DNA from: Lingula anatina
Lineage: Eukaryota; Animalia; Brachiopoda
Length of the DNA stretch: 64,000 bases
Reading direction: 5' to 3'
NCBI GenBank assembly: GCA_051362555.1
Contig: CM120643.1
Location: forward strand, 3,782,001-3,846,000
The notes under the pieces are model-generated. The model worked only from the letters and a program-made list of their open reading frames with translations, searched no databases and was not told the origin of the DNA. Shown here piece by piece: positions 37,199-50,619 of this stretch. The translations under genes were made by a program, and so were the position numbers. Numbering within the stretch: position 1 is the first letter of the stretch; the number at the start of each line of letters is the position of its first letter.

Positions 37199-38859
37199 CA
37201 GACTTGACATTTAATATGGAATATTTCAGTTTTAAAGGTATACCTAGGTCAAAATGCGTTCTTTTTTTTTTTTAAATCAGATTTCATATAAGACATCTGT
37301 CTGGAGAAGTGTGAAGTCAGGTGTGTCGCTGCCAATTAACTGACTACCAAGTCTGTTGCACTGCTGCCTTGTGTAATATGCAGTGATTTAATTGGGCAGT
37401 GCTCCTTTGGGCTAGTCAAAGCTTGGCTTTGGCGAAGGATGGTTCTGTCAATAAAGTATCCATATGTCGGCAAATACTGCATAGAAGAATTTGAAATTTT
37501 GCATACAAGCGGTCGGTTTTGCAGTGCGTAAAATGAGTTAAGCAGCGTTTTACAAAACTGGTAAGCTGTGCCAGAATGGCGCGAAAAACACAGACATTGC
37601 CAGACAGATTATTGTGTCAAACGGAACGGTCTACACAGTTTTATAGAGTTATGCTCAGTTTGAGGCACTACACAGAGACCAAGCCCAATGCATCGACGTC
37701 TTACCACCAGGGTATAGGACTCACTGTCCTTCAGGATATGCTGCTGCAATTAAACCAATACCACCCAGTCCGTTTTAAATGAGGGACAAATTGTCACCAA
37801 AACTTGTTTTTCAAGGCTCTTAGCGAACACCAAACTGATTTCAGCAGGTTAGGATTCCAGGCGACCTCTGAGGAAGCCACTGTAAACAGCAAAGCAGCTT
37901 AGTCTGTTTCTCTAATGAATTGGGGACCATGACAGTTTCTGGGTAAAACACTGAAACCGCGTGGCTTCTTTATTGAGGCCATATTTAACCTGTACCGCTA
38001 AACTGGTCAAAACAGAGTTTACAGACATTCTGAAAAGGCCTTCGACGAAATGTGTGCCACTTATTAAGAGGCTAGGGTCATTGACAGTGTCAGTATTTGG
38101 AGTGGATACCACATTGGTGCCAAAACACCAATGGTAGTCATCGATGAAAACCTTAACCAGATCAAATAAAGAAATAATCTGGGAACCACTTGACTATTAT
38201 TTGATAGGGGGCACCTTAGGAACAATTTTAGGTTGCAGGGCGAGGTTGCCGGTTCACACAGAGCACATTTAATAGCAGATAACTTACAGAACCAAGGGAA
38301 TGAGTAGCTACCTTGGTCATCAAAATCGCCATATTTGAACCACATAGACAATATGTGGGTAGGTCATTACTCGCCGAATCAACGGCCTGCATGTCCTACA
38401 TCAAAACTGAGCCAAATTGGACAAGTTTTAACCGTATTCTGGAATTTTATTCCAGATTAAACTCTAAAAAGCCTATCATAAGAAATGCCTTGCGGCTTGA
38501 AAGCTCTGGTAGCAGCAAGATGAGGTCAAGCGTAACAGCGACTGTTGCTGTGACTAGACACTGACATGGGGGGCCTTTGTGGGGCGTGTAACTCTTTTAA
38601 AGACAATAATTAGGAAAATATGGAGATCCAAAATATCGCTTTCAATGGTTGTCGTATGACTTAAAATAGGCAATGTATTTTTGTTTGCTTCACTGACGAA
38701 TTCAATTAATAAACTGATGTCACAGTGACATCGAAGAGATTATCTAAAGTTATTAAAACAAGATTTTAATCCTTATTTTCATTTATCAGTCAGCAAAATA
38801 GGAAAAAAACTGATGAATTATGTTTTGGAAAAAATATTCCATATTAAATGTCAAGTCTG
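37199..38859 (+). mobile_element. Full-length but decayed Tc1/mariner transposon
   Basis: TA|CAGACTTGACATTTAATATGGAATATTT ... AAATATTCCATATTAAATGTCAAGTCTG|TA (28-bp perfect TIRs). Internal LPWSSKSPYLNHIDNMW (about 38308-38360) matches Tc1 WPxxSPDLNPIENLW. Confidence 0.9.
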
Positions 38860-40001
38860 TATATATCATAATTTTAACCTAATATCTGCGGTGCATCTCT
38901 GAAACGCGTTTACTATCCATTCTTTACTGGTGGTATGATTGCGTTAGTGCAGAAACTTTCTTTCTCACCAGATAACAACTGAAAACTTTGATAAGATTTT
39001 TTTGAATCACCATTAAAATCACCAAGGCCATCAAGATCATCATCATTACAAATCTCTGATATGAACATCACTTCCGGCCAGTCTTATATTACTTCAGGAG
39101 ACCTAATTTGCATATAAGAGAAAAAATGAATTTTTTCTAATTTTGGCTTGTCTCTAATTTTTTCATTATTTTCAAAAAGTAATGTTTCCTTTTGCTCACG
39201 AATTGGGATACTTTTGATCTGCACACACTGTTTGTAAATTATGTAATTAGAAATAATTTTTATATCACAGACGTGTATCACGTTTTCACTCCATAGCCAT
39301 AAAACTCGACAATAGCTGCATGCTTATAAAAGTAGGTCAATTGCCTGTATAAAATTACCATACGATTATTGATTTTTTTGTGTGGACCGTTTTAAGGGGG
39401 AGACACAAGTGGAAGATATATCAATATACCAGCAAAATATTTTGGTTGCATGGGACTACTGAAAGGCAGAGTAAATTGCAAAGTTTAAAAGAAAAAAAAA
39501 AGTAAAACTAGGCTACATCTCCAGCTTTACCATGTAGAACTATATATATATATGCCACGTTTCCTCTCTATTTCATCTGACTCTCCCTAAAATTTTTCAG
39601 ACCGCGTTAACTGTTCAGCTCCCGGGAAGCGCGGAGCATCCAGCGTGGTGGCAGACGCTGAGCTCTGCAGACGACACATTGCATTCACAAGAGGGGGTAA
39701 AGGTTTTCTAGGAATTTGTTGTATGTAATTTCATCTGACGAATTACGTAATAAAGAAAAGAAAATTGGCTTAATTGACTTTATTTTTACTAAGTGCAGTG
39801 AAAGATACTGATATTTCTTCTCAAAATTGGCAGAATAAAAAAACGCAAAAAGACACCACCTATCTCCCCTAATCACCTGTACATGGCATATCCTATCCGT
39901 GAACTTTTGACCTCACGCTGAGTTTTGGAAGGTGGCTTGTTTGTATGGTATCAGTAGAAAGGGGGCAGGATGAGAGGGGAGGGGGGGATTCTAATGTGAT
40001 C

Positions 40002-40050
40002 CTAAGATCTAATACTCAGTATACCGTTATATCCGTTTATTAGATCTTAG
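40002..40050. mobile_element. 49-bp mini-element with 13-bp TIRs and a 7-bp TSD
   Basis: tgtgatc|CTAAGATCTAATA...TATTAGATCTTAG|tgtgatc. The paralogous site at about 44090 is empty. Confidence 0.75.
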
Positions 40051-41217
40051 TGTGATCCATCTTGTTCAAGAAGTCTTGATATTTCTATTTTGATTATACT
40101 AGAGCTTTATTTTTGTGTTCACGCACAGTATTAAAAAAGCTAGGTTATTCCAACGAAGTCTGTGGCTTTATACATGTTATATTTTTTACAAAAAAACACT
40201 CGATTACAAATGATAGACCTGAATATTGAGAGTGTTGGCAACGGGGAAGAGCAGTCTGTAAAATGTTTTAAATCCTTTGGTCATTTTGAAAAATGACAAC
40301 AAAGAAATTGTGTTAGAAAAAGAACTTGTTGCCGCTATTTACAATATTTTATGATAATACATGGCTATAGCAATAGTACAAGTATGGTAAGATAAAGTAA
40401 GAATTTATTCAGCCAATAAAAATATTAAAACATAAATATCGGCATTTGATATCCTTTGAGAGATAAAACTAAAATAAAACACTGGACAATAAAAAATTAT
40501 GAACTAGGCCTAAAAGTTTAATTAAAATACTGTACATAGAGAGGCCTACTTAAAACCATTTACTGCCCTTAAAAGTCAGCAGTCTGCTATTGCTGGGTGA
40601 GAATTTAAAAAGAGAACTTCCTGTATGGGTGGGACCCCCATAAATCGTTTTGTTGTTTTCTCCATTCTGCCTTTCAAGATATCATCCAGTTGGAGGAGAT
40701 CTCTCCCAATTATTTTACTGGCGGTGTTAATAACATCGAGAAGTTTTTTCCCCATTCCTCCACTGTAGCCACCAGATGCTCAAACGTTAAAATACTCTCA
40801 ATATTATAATTATGTATAAAAATAAACTAAAACAGGATCCTTATTTGCAAGTGATCTAACAAAAAAAAAAAAGTTTTTTTCCTAAAGTAAGTTTACTTTT
40901 CATGTGAATTCCTAGGAGTTTGAACTATATATATATTTTTTTTGTATTTAAACATGGACATACTGGAATATAAAATCAAAAGAGAAGTTATCAGTAATTG
41001 AGTTGTATGGTAGGGTACGTGTGTGTGAGTATGTGTGTTTATGTATGTATTTGAATAAAGTTAAAAGTTCGTACAATATTTTGATTATTTCTTAAGTTTA
41101 ATAAATGAAATGAAAAAGAATTTGATAAAAAATTTGAGATAAACTTCAAAGTTTAAAACTTAAATCAGAAATCAAATGTTGTTTTATTGGAATAAGGTAA
41201 TTACTATAGTGCTTCAT

Positions 41218-41384
41218 CAGGGGCGTATGCAAAGATATTTTCTGACAATCTTCCAAATTATCTTTGTTCATCCATCCTCCATTTTTGACCGTCTTCCGAC
41301 AGAAAACATTAGATGCCTGACAATGTAAACTTGAAAATCTGACCGTCTTCCGGAAGACCCAGAAGACAGCCTAAATCCGCCCCT
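41218..41384. mobile_element. CAGG-terminal MITE with a 5-bp TSD
   Basis: ttcat|CAGGGGCG...CGCCCCTG|ttcac. The empty site gtgcttcatttattg lies at about 45266 in the duplicate. Family copies occur at 45871-46029 (tttgt TSD), 43744-43815 (partial) and about 62150-62250 (partial). Confidence 0.8.
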
Positions 41385-41829
41385 GTTCACTTATTGTAAA
41401 AAAAAGTCAGGTGCTGGTTTCTTGCATCACATCCCAAATGGCTTTATACAAAAATTGGTTTATTTTGCTTTTTCAAACTTTTTAAATTAAAAGAGTCCCA
41501 CTGGGTATTTTGTTAACTGTGAAAGCCACTTTTTATTTCCCTGAGATGCATGAAATGTCAATATTCCACGAAGCACCTCATTCCTGTGACTCGCAAATGC
41601 AGCTTTTTATTCTTTGCCCTTATTGAAACTAAGCCTGGTAATTTGTAATTTTCACGATTTTCAACTAGCATTGTTGGTGAGATATGCATAAAGTTTTGTT
41701 TACTGTGATTTGTAAATTAATGGTTTTATTTCCCGTGAACTGTGAACACCCCTCCCCAATGGTACCCTCAATTAAGAAAAGAAAGAGAAACAAAACTCAT
41801 TTGATTACAAAAATTTAATATTTTATCAT

Positions 41830-43462
41830 AAAATTAAGAGAATGACATTTTGCAGTTTTCAGACTGGCTTCTACAGAGGTAATGATAGTTCTGCACTGAC
41901 GACCCTGAAAAATAAAAGATAAAAATATTAAAATATAATTCACTGTGTATTCAATGTGTATTCAGTTAGGTGTAAATAGATGTTGTCAGCAACTCTTCAA
42001 CCACCAGCTCCTAGTGACTATCATATAATTACTGCTTTAATGTACAGTTTTACCAGCTGTTTGATATAGTTTTCCTCTAAAAAAACTGAAAGCTTACTTA
42101 GTTATGATACCATCAAAACAAAGAGACAAACAAAAAGAACTTCTCTGTAAATGTATAATAAATCCATTCTAAACTAAAAATACTGTTGACTTTTCTTCAT
42201 TTCTTAATGTCTGAAGTGTTTAGAATTATTTAATTAATAATAACAATAATAATAATAATGATAATTATAATAATAATAATAACCATTTATGTTCGTGCCC
42301 TCCGTCTGAAGCAAGACGTGAACAGATTCAATACCCTCCTCCACCTAGATGGGCCGCTATTCTTTGGAGCTAAAATGTATAATACAATATTACTTACTAA
42401 GAGGCAAAAGTATAAAATGTTCAATAAGTCAGTGCAACATCATATTTCATGTATGAAGCTTCAATGAAACACTTTTACCAGTATTTGGAATAAACAAAAT
42501 TGCCAAGTATCATTTTAATCTGGCCAAAAGCAAAAAATGTGTTGGCACAACATAAGGAGTGTGTGTGTGTGTGTGTGTGTGTGTACATGCACAATCACAT
42601 TCCATCAGTGTAATAAATATTGACCCTACTATTCTATTGACCCTACTGTCTTACCTCTCTCCTTCACATCCTCTGCCACAGTTGTTGTGTCATTGATACT
42701 GACTGAAGAAAAACAGGAAAACAAATTAAACATTTCATACCTGTGCACAACAGGAATTCAATACATTATTTAACATAGTCGAAGACCCATTCAAAGATAT
42801 AGATCACTGAACAGTGAATTTGATCTCAGTGTTTGTGCATCAGAGTCTCCCCCCTAAAGTCCATCTGTGTGTTTACATTTTTAAGTGTGTTAAATGAATT
42901 CCTGTTAAGTTGTCCTAAGCTTACTGTCTTACCTTTTTCTTTGATGCACTCAGCATCTGACACACTCTTTGTGTCTCTGATATTGGCTAAAGAAAAAATG
43001 ATATCTAATAAAAACTTAACATTCCATATCTGTGCATGTCCAAATAGGATTCAGTATTACAATTTATGGAAGACACATTCAAATATTTAAATGACTTAAG
43101 AAATAATAATCTTCTTAAGTTTGCTAAAGACTTTGCTTGAGCAGCATGCTTGTGGTATGTATGTGCGTACGTATGTGTGTTTGTTAGTGTATGTGTGTGT
43201 GCATGCATTTTTCATAAGTATATTAAAAGTCATAACTATTTTACTGAGATTCCTGTCTTACCTATCTCCTCAGTACTTGGGGTCTTTAAAAGTGATACAT
43301 TGTTCTTGTCTTTTAGTTTGGTATCAACTGAAAGGACAGAATTGAATTTAATTTTCAAGACAACATTATGTGTGTTCAAGCGTTACACAGCAAAAGCATT
43401 ATTTTTTCAGAAGATAAAGTATCTCTTTAAGTCTGTCAACATGCATGCAAGTACAGTACCTT

Positions 43463-43501
<39 letters not shown>

Positions 43502-46500
43502 ATGCACAATCACATGTCATCAATGTAATAAATAGATCCCTATTCTATTGACCCTGCTGTCTTACCTCTCTCCTTCACGTCCTCTGTCACAGTAATTGTT
43601 GTGTCTTTGACATCAACTGAAGAAAAAAAAGGAACACAAGTTCAGCATTCCATGCCCATGCACAACAAGGATTCAATACCATAGTCAAAGATGTATTCAA
43701 AGATTTAGATCACCGAACAGGGAATAAAAACACAATGTTTGTAAGGGGCGGATCTAGAAAGATTTTCTGACAGTCTTGCAAATTATGTTTGTTGATCCAT
43801 CCTCCATTGTGGGCTTTCTAGGAATTTGTTGTATTTAATTACATCTGACGAATTACGTGATAAAGGAAAGAAAATGGGCATAATTGAATTTATTTTTACT
43901 AAGTGCAGTGAAAGATATTGATATTTCTTCTCAAAGTTGGCAGAATAAAAAAACGCAAAAAGACACCACCTATCTCCCCTAAGCACCTGTACATGGCCGA
44001 GAACTTTTGACCTCACGCTGAGTTTTGAAAGGTGGCTTGTTTGTATGGTATCAGTAGAAAGGGGGCAGGATGGGGAGGGGGAGAATTCTAATGTGATCCA
44101 TCTTGTTCAGAAGTCTTGATATTTCAATTTTGATTATACTAGAGCTTTATTTTTGTGTTCACGCACAGTATTAAAAAAGCTAGATTATTCCAACGAAGTC
44201 TGTGGCTTTATACATGTTATATTTTTTACAAAAAAACACTTGATTTCAAATGATAGACCTGAATATTGAGAGTGTTGGCAACGGGGAAGAGCAGTCTGTA
44301 AAATGTTTTAAATCCTTTAGTCATTTTGAAAAATGACAACAAAGAAATTGTGTTAGAAAAAGAACTTGTTGCCGCTATATACAATATTTTTTATGATAAT
44401 ACATGTAACATGGCTATAGCAATAGTACAAGTATGGTAAGATAAAGTAAGAATTTATTCAGCCAATAAAAATATTAAAACATAAATATCGGCATTTGATA
44501 TCCTTTGAGAGATAAAACTAAAATAAAACACTGGACAATAAAAAATTATGAACTAGGCCTAAAAGTTTAATTAAAATACTGTACATAGAGAGGCCTACTT
44601 AAAACCATTTACTGCCCTTAAAAGTCAGCAGTCTGCTATTGCTGGGTGAGAATTTAAAAAGAGAACTTCCTGCATGGGTGGGACCCCCATAAATCGTTTT
44701 GTTGTTTTCTCCATTCTGCCTTTCAAGATATCATCCAGTTGGAGGAGATCTCTCCCAATTATTTTACTGGCGGTGTTAATAACATCGAGCAGTTTTTTCC
44801 CCATTCCTCCACTGTAACAACTGTAGCCACCAGATGCTCAAACGTTAAAATACTCTCAATATTATAAATATGTATAAAAATAAACTAAAACAGGATCCTT
44901 ATTTGCAAGTGATCTAACAAAAAAAATTTTTTTTTTCCTAAAGTAAGTTTACTTTTCATGTGAATTCCTAAGAGTTTGAACTATATATATATTTTTTTTG
45001 TATTTAAACATGGACATACTGGAATATAAAATCAAAAGAGAAGTTATCAGTAATTGAGCCGTATGGTAGGGTACGTGTGTGTGAGTATGAGTGTTTATGT
45101 ATGTATTTGAATAAAGTTAAAAGTTCGTACAATATTTCGATTATTTCTTAAGTTTAATAAATGAAATAAAAAAAGAATTTGATAAAAAATTTGAGATAAA
45201 CTTCAAAGTTTAAAACTTAAATCAGAAATCAAATGTTGTTTTATTGGAATAAGGTAATTACTATAGTGCTTCATTTATTGTAAAAAAAGTCAAGTGCTGG
45301 TTTCTTGCATCACACCCAAATGGGTTTATACAAAAATTGGTTTATTTTGCTTTTTCAAACTTTTTTAATTAAAAGAGTCCCACTGGGTATTTTGTTAAGT
45401 GTGAAAGCCACTTTTTATTTCCCTGAGATGCGTGTGACGGACCTCATTCCTGTGACTCGCAAATGCAGCTTCGTGAAACTAAGCCTTATACCTGGTAATT
45501 CGTAATTTTCACAATTTTCAACTAGCATTGTTGGTGAGGTATGCATAAAGTTTTGTTTACTGTGATTTGTAAATTAATGGTTTTATTTCCTGTGAACTAT
45601 GATCATCCCTGCCCAAAGGTACCCTCAATTAAGAAAATAAAAACAAAACTGATCTGATTACAAAAATTTAATATTTTATCATAAAATTAAGAGAATGACA
45701 TTTTGCAGTTTTTAACTGGCTTCTACAGAGGCAAAGATAGTTCTGCACTGACGACCCTGAAAAATAAAAGATGAAAATATTACAACAATCAACAAGGATT
45801 CAATACCATAGTCAAAGATGTATTCAAAGATTTAGATCACTGAACAGGGAATAAAAACACAATGTTTGTAAGGGGCGGATCTAGAAAGATTTTCTGACAG
45901 TCTTGCAAATTATGTTTGTTGATCCATCCTCCATTGTGGGCTGTCTTCTGACAAAAAATTAAATCCCCATCAATGTAAAATTCTGACCATCTTCCGGAAG
46001 AACCAGAAGATGGCCTCAATTTGCCCCTGTTTGTGTCTGAGAGCCTGTTTGTGCGTGTGTAAATTTTTTGAAGTGTGTTAAATAAACACCTGTTAAATTG
46101 ATCTTACTGTCTTACCTCTCTCCTCGCTGCCCTCAGCATCTGACACACTCTTTGTGTCTTTGATATCCACTAAAGAAAAAATGATATTTTAATATTTAAA
46201 AATACAAACTTAACATTCCATATCTGTGCATGTTCAAAAAGGATTCAGTAGGCCCATTACACTTTGATGAAAAAACATTCAAAGATTTAACTGACTTAAA
46301 AATAAATAAATTATCTTCATAAGTATGCTAAAAAATAGACTTTGCATAAGCAACACGCTTGCGGTGTGTATGTGCGTATGTGTGTTTGTTAGTGTATGCG
46401 TGTGTGCAAGTATATAAAAATTCATTATTATTGTACTAAGATTCCAGCCTTACCTAGTTCCTCAATGCTTAGGGTCTTTTATTAAAATAATTGCTACATT

Positions 46501-47605
46501 ATTCTCTTTCTTGGTATCACCTGAAAGAACAGAATTGAATTTTAAGGAATACCATTTATGTGAGTATGTTGGAGTATGTTGGAGACAAAGAGAAGCCTGT
46601 TAGTCTGTTAACCTGATTGTATTCAGTGAGAGTTTTCATGGAGTTAGCGCACATTAGCTAGGTCTCCAAATTCATTGTCAACAGCCCCTGAAGGTCAAGA
46701 CTTGCACCCCGAGAGTCAGGATGTTGTTGTAATTTTATTTCATGAATCCTTCCTCTAAGATAAAAAATGCATCAAGTTGATTGAATAAAGCAATGGTGTG
46801 GACTTACCACTTGTGTGGACTTCAGGCTTGTACATGTAGTCCCACTCTGGAATAAGATGGCACATTTATTTATTATTTATAAAGTCTCAAATGTATTTGA
46901 CAATATTAAAGGAGCATTTTCATCATTTTTCTACAGTTTTTTATAGGATAGTGAGATTTCCAAATGTTGTACATGACAGATTTAAAAGGTAACGAGAATT
47001 ATGAATTTAAGCACCTTTTATTTCCATGTCCAGTTCTCCCCAAGTACAGGTCATTTCCATGCTGTCCTTAGTGGTCACCTGGAGGCACCTGTTCCTAAAG
47101 GGTTCAGGCTCCCATGTCCAGCCAGACCCAGGGTGGTAAGGCTGAATAAATTTAAAGAATGAATGAATGAATGAAAAAACAAACAAATAAATAACTTAAA
47201 GAAATGTTAATGTCTAAAATGAAAAATAAAATTTTTACTAATATATACAATCACTGATAAATCAAATACACTAGAAGAAATGAATGAAGGTTTTAATAAA
47301 TACTTAAACGTATCCGACTTTAAATTTTCTTTTTCAATTTCAAAGAAAATCATTTTTACCTGAGATCATTTTTTTTTTGTTAAAAAAAAAGTTTCATACT
47401 TACATTTTGTGGCTTAATGAATTTCCATTCTATGTTTGACCCTTGGGCAGGAGAAACTCTGCCCTGAGGGACAGGACCCCCATATCAGTGAATCTTGACA
47501 GGTTCACACCTTTCTGGGGGTCCCATCCCCTGAGGGCAGTTCCCCTGCCCACCACTTTGGCCTTTAAATAGTTGTTGGTTAAGAAAACTCTTACAGTGGC
47601 CTTGG
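41830..47605 (-). pseudogene. Multi-exon gene: CBM20 (starch/glycogen-binding) domain plus repeated charged Thr/Ser-rich micro-exons; two frameshifts
   Basis: AG/GT-bounded exons: 47605-47404 (KATVRVFLT...VVGRGTALRGWDPQKGVNL...LP[fs]GSNIEWKF), 47141-47015 (GWTWEPEPFRNRCL...CTWG), 46846-46808, 46520-46454 (67 nt), 46169-46116, 43616-43566, 43327-43262, 42986-42933, 42702-42655, and a possible terminal exon near 41905. Confidence 0.7.
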
Positions 47606-49284
47606 CTGTTCAGAGTAAAAAGTAAAATAGAAAGAAATACTATCAATATATCGTTTTTGATATTTACATTACAGACATTCAAACTGACCACTTAATTAAT
47701 GTAAATAAAGAATATGATATCTTACTTTCTTATTATGAACAAATTAATTTTTTTTATTTATATAACAACAAAAAATTGCAAGAGTAGTTTTAGGCGCGTT
47801 GTATTATAAAACACATACAGTCTGATTATACAAACACACACATAACTTACGAGCACACTGTTCTTTTTTATTTATTTCATTTTCCATATCAGCTATCATC
47901 TGCAATATGTACAATAAATTAAAGAAATCATGTTAACGGGATACATAGAATTCTGTATCTTAATTTGGTAGTTTGTGGTGTAAACTACATTTGTACTATT
48001 ACCAGAATGATCAGCAAATCGTCATGTGACAAGAAATTTTTAAGAATATTAATTAATCACATAAAAAATCATGAACGACGGATAAAAAGGCGCTGTGTGG
48101 GCTTACATTGAACTTGCTGCAGAATTTCAGTATTGAATAAAAAATAAAACTCACCAGCGACTGTGTAGACATTGTCTCTTTGCTTTGTTTACTAAAACAA
48201 TAAACAGGAATAATTATTGTATAAAAGAATTTCATTGGACGGTTCCTGTATTGTTTCCTTAACTTTAAACCAATCAGATTGACGCTTCGTTGAAGCTCTC
48301 GACCTTGGGTCTTTCTACTAAATATCGCAATATATATCACAGTGCCTGGTCCCTGGTCATATCTATTACGGTCCCAGAACTCTCTCCCTCCTCGCACGAG
48401 TTTCTTAGAAAGCAGGCGGTGAACCTGTTGCTGATACTGGCCGCAGTCCTTTACAAATCCTAAGTCTCACCTCTTGCATAGCGCCATCTATACTAAACAA
48501 TTTTTATATGGCGTAGACTAGGCAAAGGGTGACGCTAAAAAGTCGGAATTTTCATCAAACGTTCTGCACACTGAGTTTCACCATACATCTGGACACTTTT
48601 CTCAGATGGTTTTGTTATAGATTCTATTGACAAACTTAATCGGTGAATTCAGGATGAGACATCTAAAGTGACGGATACATATGGTATCGACTGTGTCAGT
48701 TGTTCACTGTTCACATCACGATGCAATGTGCTGGTGAAGATTTTACAAAATGCTTCAGAATGTTGACGCTGCAGATTAAAAGTGTTTTTGCAGAACTGAC
48801 ACGATTGCAAGCCGTCATCTACTTCAACTTTTCCATTTTCTTTTCTTCTGAAATTACCCAATGGCTTATGAAGGTGAGATAATTAATTGGAGAGCTGACG
48901 TTATGCCTTCTAATATAATTTTTATTTTAAGTGGGCATTTTTCTTGTTTCTTTTGAGTCATCTGTCGAAATAGTAATATATGAACTTAACTATGAACAAC
49001 TAAAACTTCCCATGGAGTGTCCACTTACGTGAACTAGCACTACCATCCCGAGTTTCAGAAAGCACCATAAACCCACCTCTTTATTATCATTACTGGTACA
49101 GTGTATGCTTCAGCTTTGACTTACAACAATACTTTTTTTGGTAAATTTCTTTTATAAGATATTTCTTTGCAGTTTATTGATGTAATAAACCTACTAAAAT
49201 TTCATTATGTATTCTAATATTTTTGATCTTGAGGAAAAGCCTGATTATTGATTTTTTTTGTCTTTTCCAGTCCATCATCTGATT

Positions 49285-49905
49285 CCACACTACTACACTG
49301 TACAAGGAGGCACAGGACTATGCTGCCACAATGGAACACAATGACTCCAGAATACTACACTGTACTAGGAGGCACAGGACTATACTGCCACAATGGAACA
49401 CAATGACCCCAGACTTCTACACTGTACTAGGAGACAGGACTATACTGCCACAATGGAACACAATGACTCCAGACTACTACACTGTACTAGGAGGCACAGG
49501 ACTATACTGCCACAATGGAACACAATGACTCCAGACTACTACACTGTACAAGGAGACACAGGACTATACTGCCACAATGGAACACAATGACTCCAGACTA
49601 CTACACTGTACTAGGAGGCACAGGACTATACTGCCACAATGGAACACAATGACCCCAGACTTCTACACTGTACTAGGAGACACAGGACCTACGACTATAC
49701 TGCCACAATGGAACACAATGACTCCAGACTACTACACTGTACTAGGAGGCACAGGACTATACTGCCACAATGGAACACAATGACTCCAGACTACTACACT
49801 GTACTAGGAGGCACAGGACTATACATCCACAGTGGAACACAAGGACTCCAGACTACTACACTGTACTAGGAGACACAGGACTATACTGCCACAGTGGAAC
49901 ACAGT
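49285..49905. repeat. 62-bp minisatellite, about 10 copies, starting just after a splice-acceptor-like site
   Basis: Unit ACTCCAGACTACTACACTGTACTAGGAGGCACAGGACTATACTGCCACAATGGAACACAATG, preceded by tttttgtcttttccag at 49270. Confidence 0.9.
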
Positions 49906-50619
49906 GTTTTTTGAATCTGTAATGCTGCTTAATCACAGCCTTTCAGCAAGTTCAGTGTAATGCCAGATATTTAGGTGAATTTGTGCTGTTAATGATGTAA
50001 GAATTTTAATGTAAATTACCCAGGTATTTTAATGCTTTGTCAAAGAAAGTGTAGGAACAGTTTTAAGACGCTTGAAAATAAAGTAGATTGTTTTAAAGAT
50101 GTATTTTTTATTGTCTTCCTGTGGATCACACATGTCCTCCATATATGTTTGTATGTGGTAATATTGTTGCTGTGTCAACTTAACTTGGAAATATTACCAC
50201 AGCAATGACTGTAGCAATGACAGTAATGAGGAAGGGTGTAGTAAGTATTGCTTAGAATAAAGATGGATATCAAAGAAATGGGTTGTCAGGTAGTGGGTTT
50301 CGACCTTACTGAAGCTATAAAGATTGCTTGTCAATTTAGTACGGTAAACTCAGGAATTTAGAGATGAGTAATGGGTGCATTTGACCAGAAAATACCAACT
50401 TCTTTGTTTGAAAACATGATATAAAATTATGTTCCAGCTTTAAGGTACAGATATTGGTCCATTTCTAAAACTGTTTCAAAGCTGATTCATATACTGCTAT
50501 TGAAAAAGCTGTATGTAGTCACCTGTTATCAATTCCAGCATTCCCAACTTGTCCACATAGGGTGCCATTCACTCTCAGCAGGTTGGCTGTCATGGATCAC
50601 ATTTGCCATTGATAGCAAG

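Larger units (their letters stand above)
39704..41925 (+). repeat. Segment of about 2.2 kb, duplicated directly at about 43815-45780
   Basis: Near-identical sequence from TTTCTAGGAATTTGTTGTAT through GACGACCCTGAAAAATAAAAGAT. Confidence 0.95.

Noticed and set aside
38890-39290. Possibly decayed coding sequence on the minus strand (DDDLDGLGDFNGD)
   Set aside because: Interrupted by stops and not assignable to a family.
48153-48190. Small AG/GT-bounded segment (MSTQSL) as a possible first exon of the CBM20 gene
   Set aside because: The ATG frame ends in phase 0 and does not match the phase-1 start of the CBM20 exon; left unresolved.
48649-48861. CxxC-containing ORF reminiscent of a BED zinc finger
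   Set aside because: The His ligands and any downstream transposase motifs are not convincingly present.
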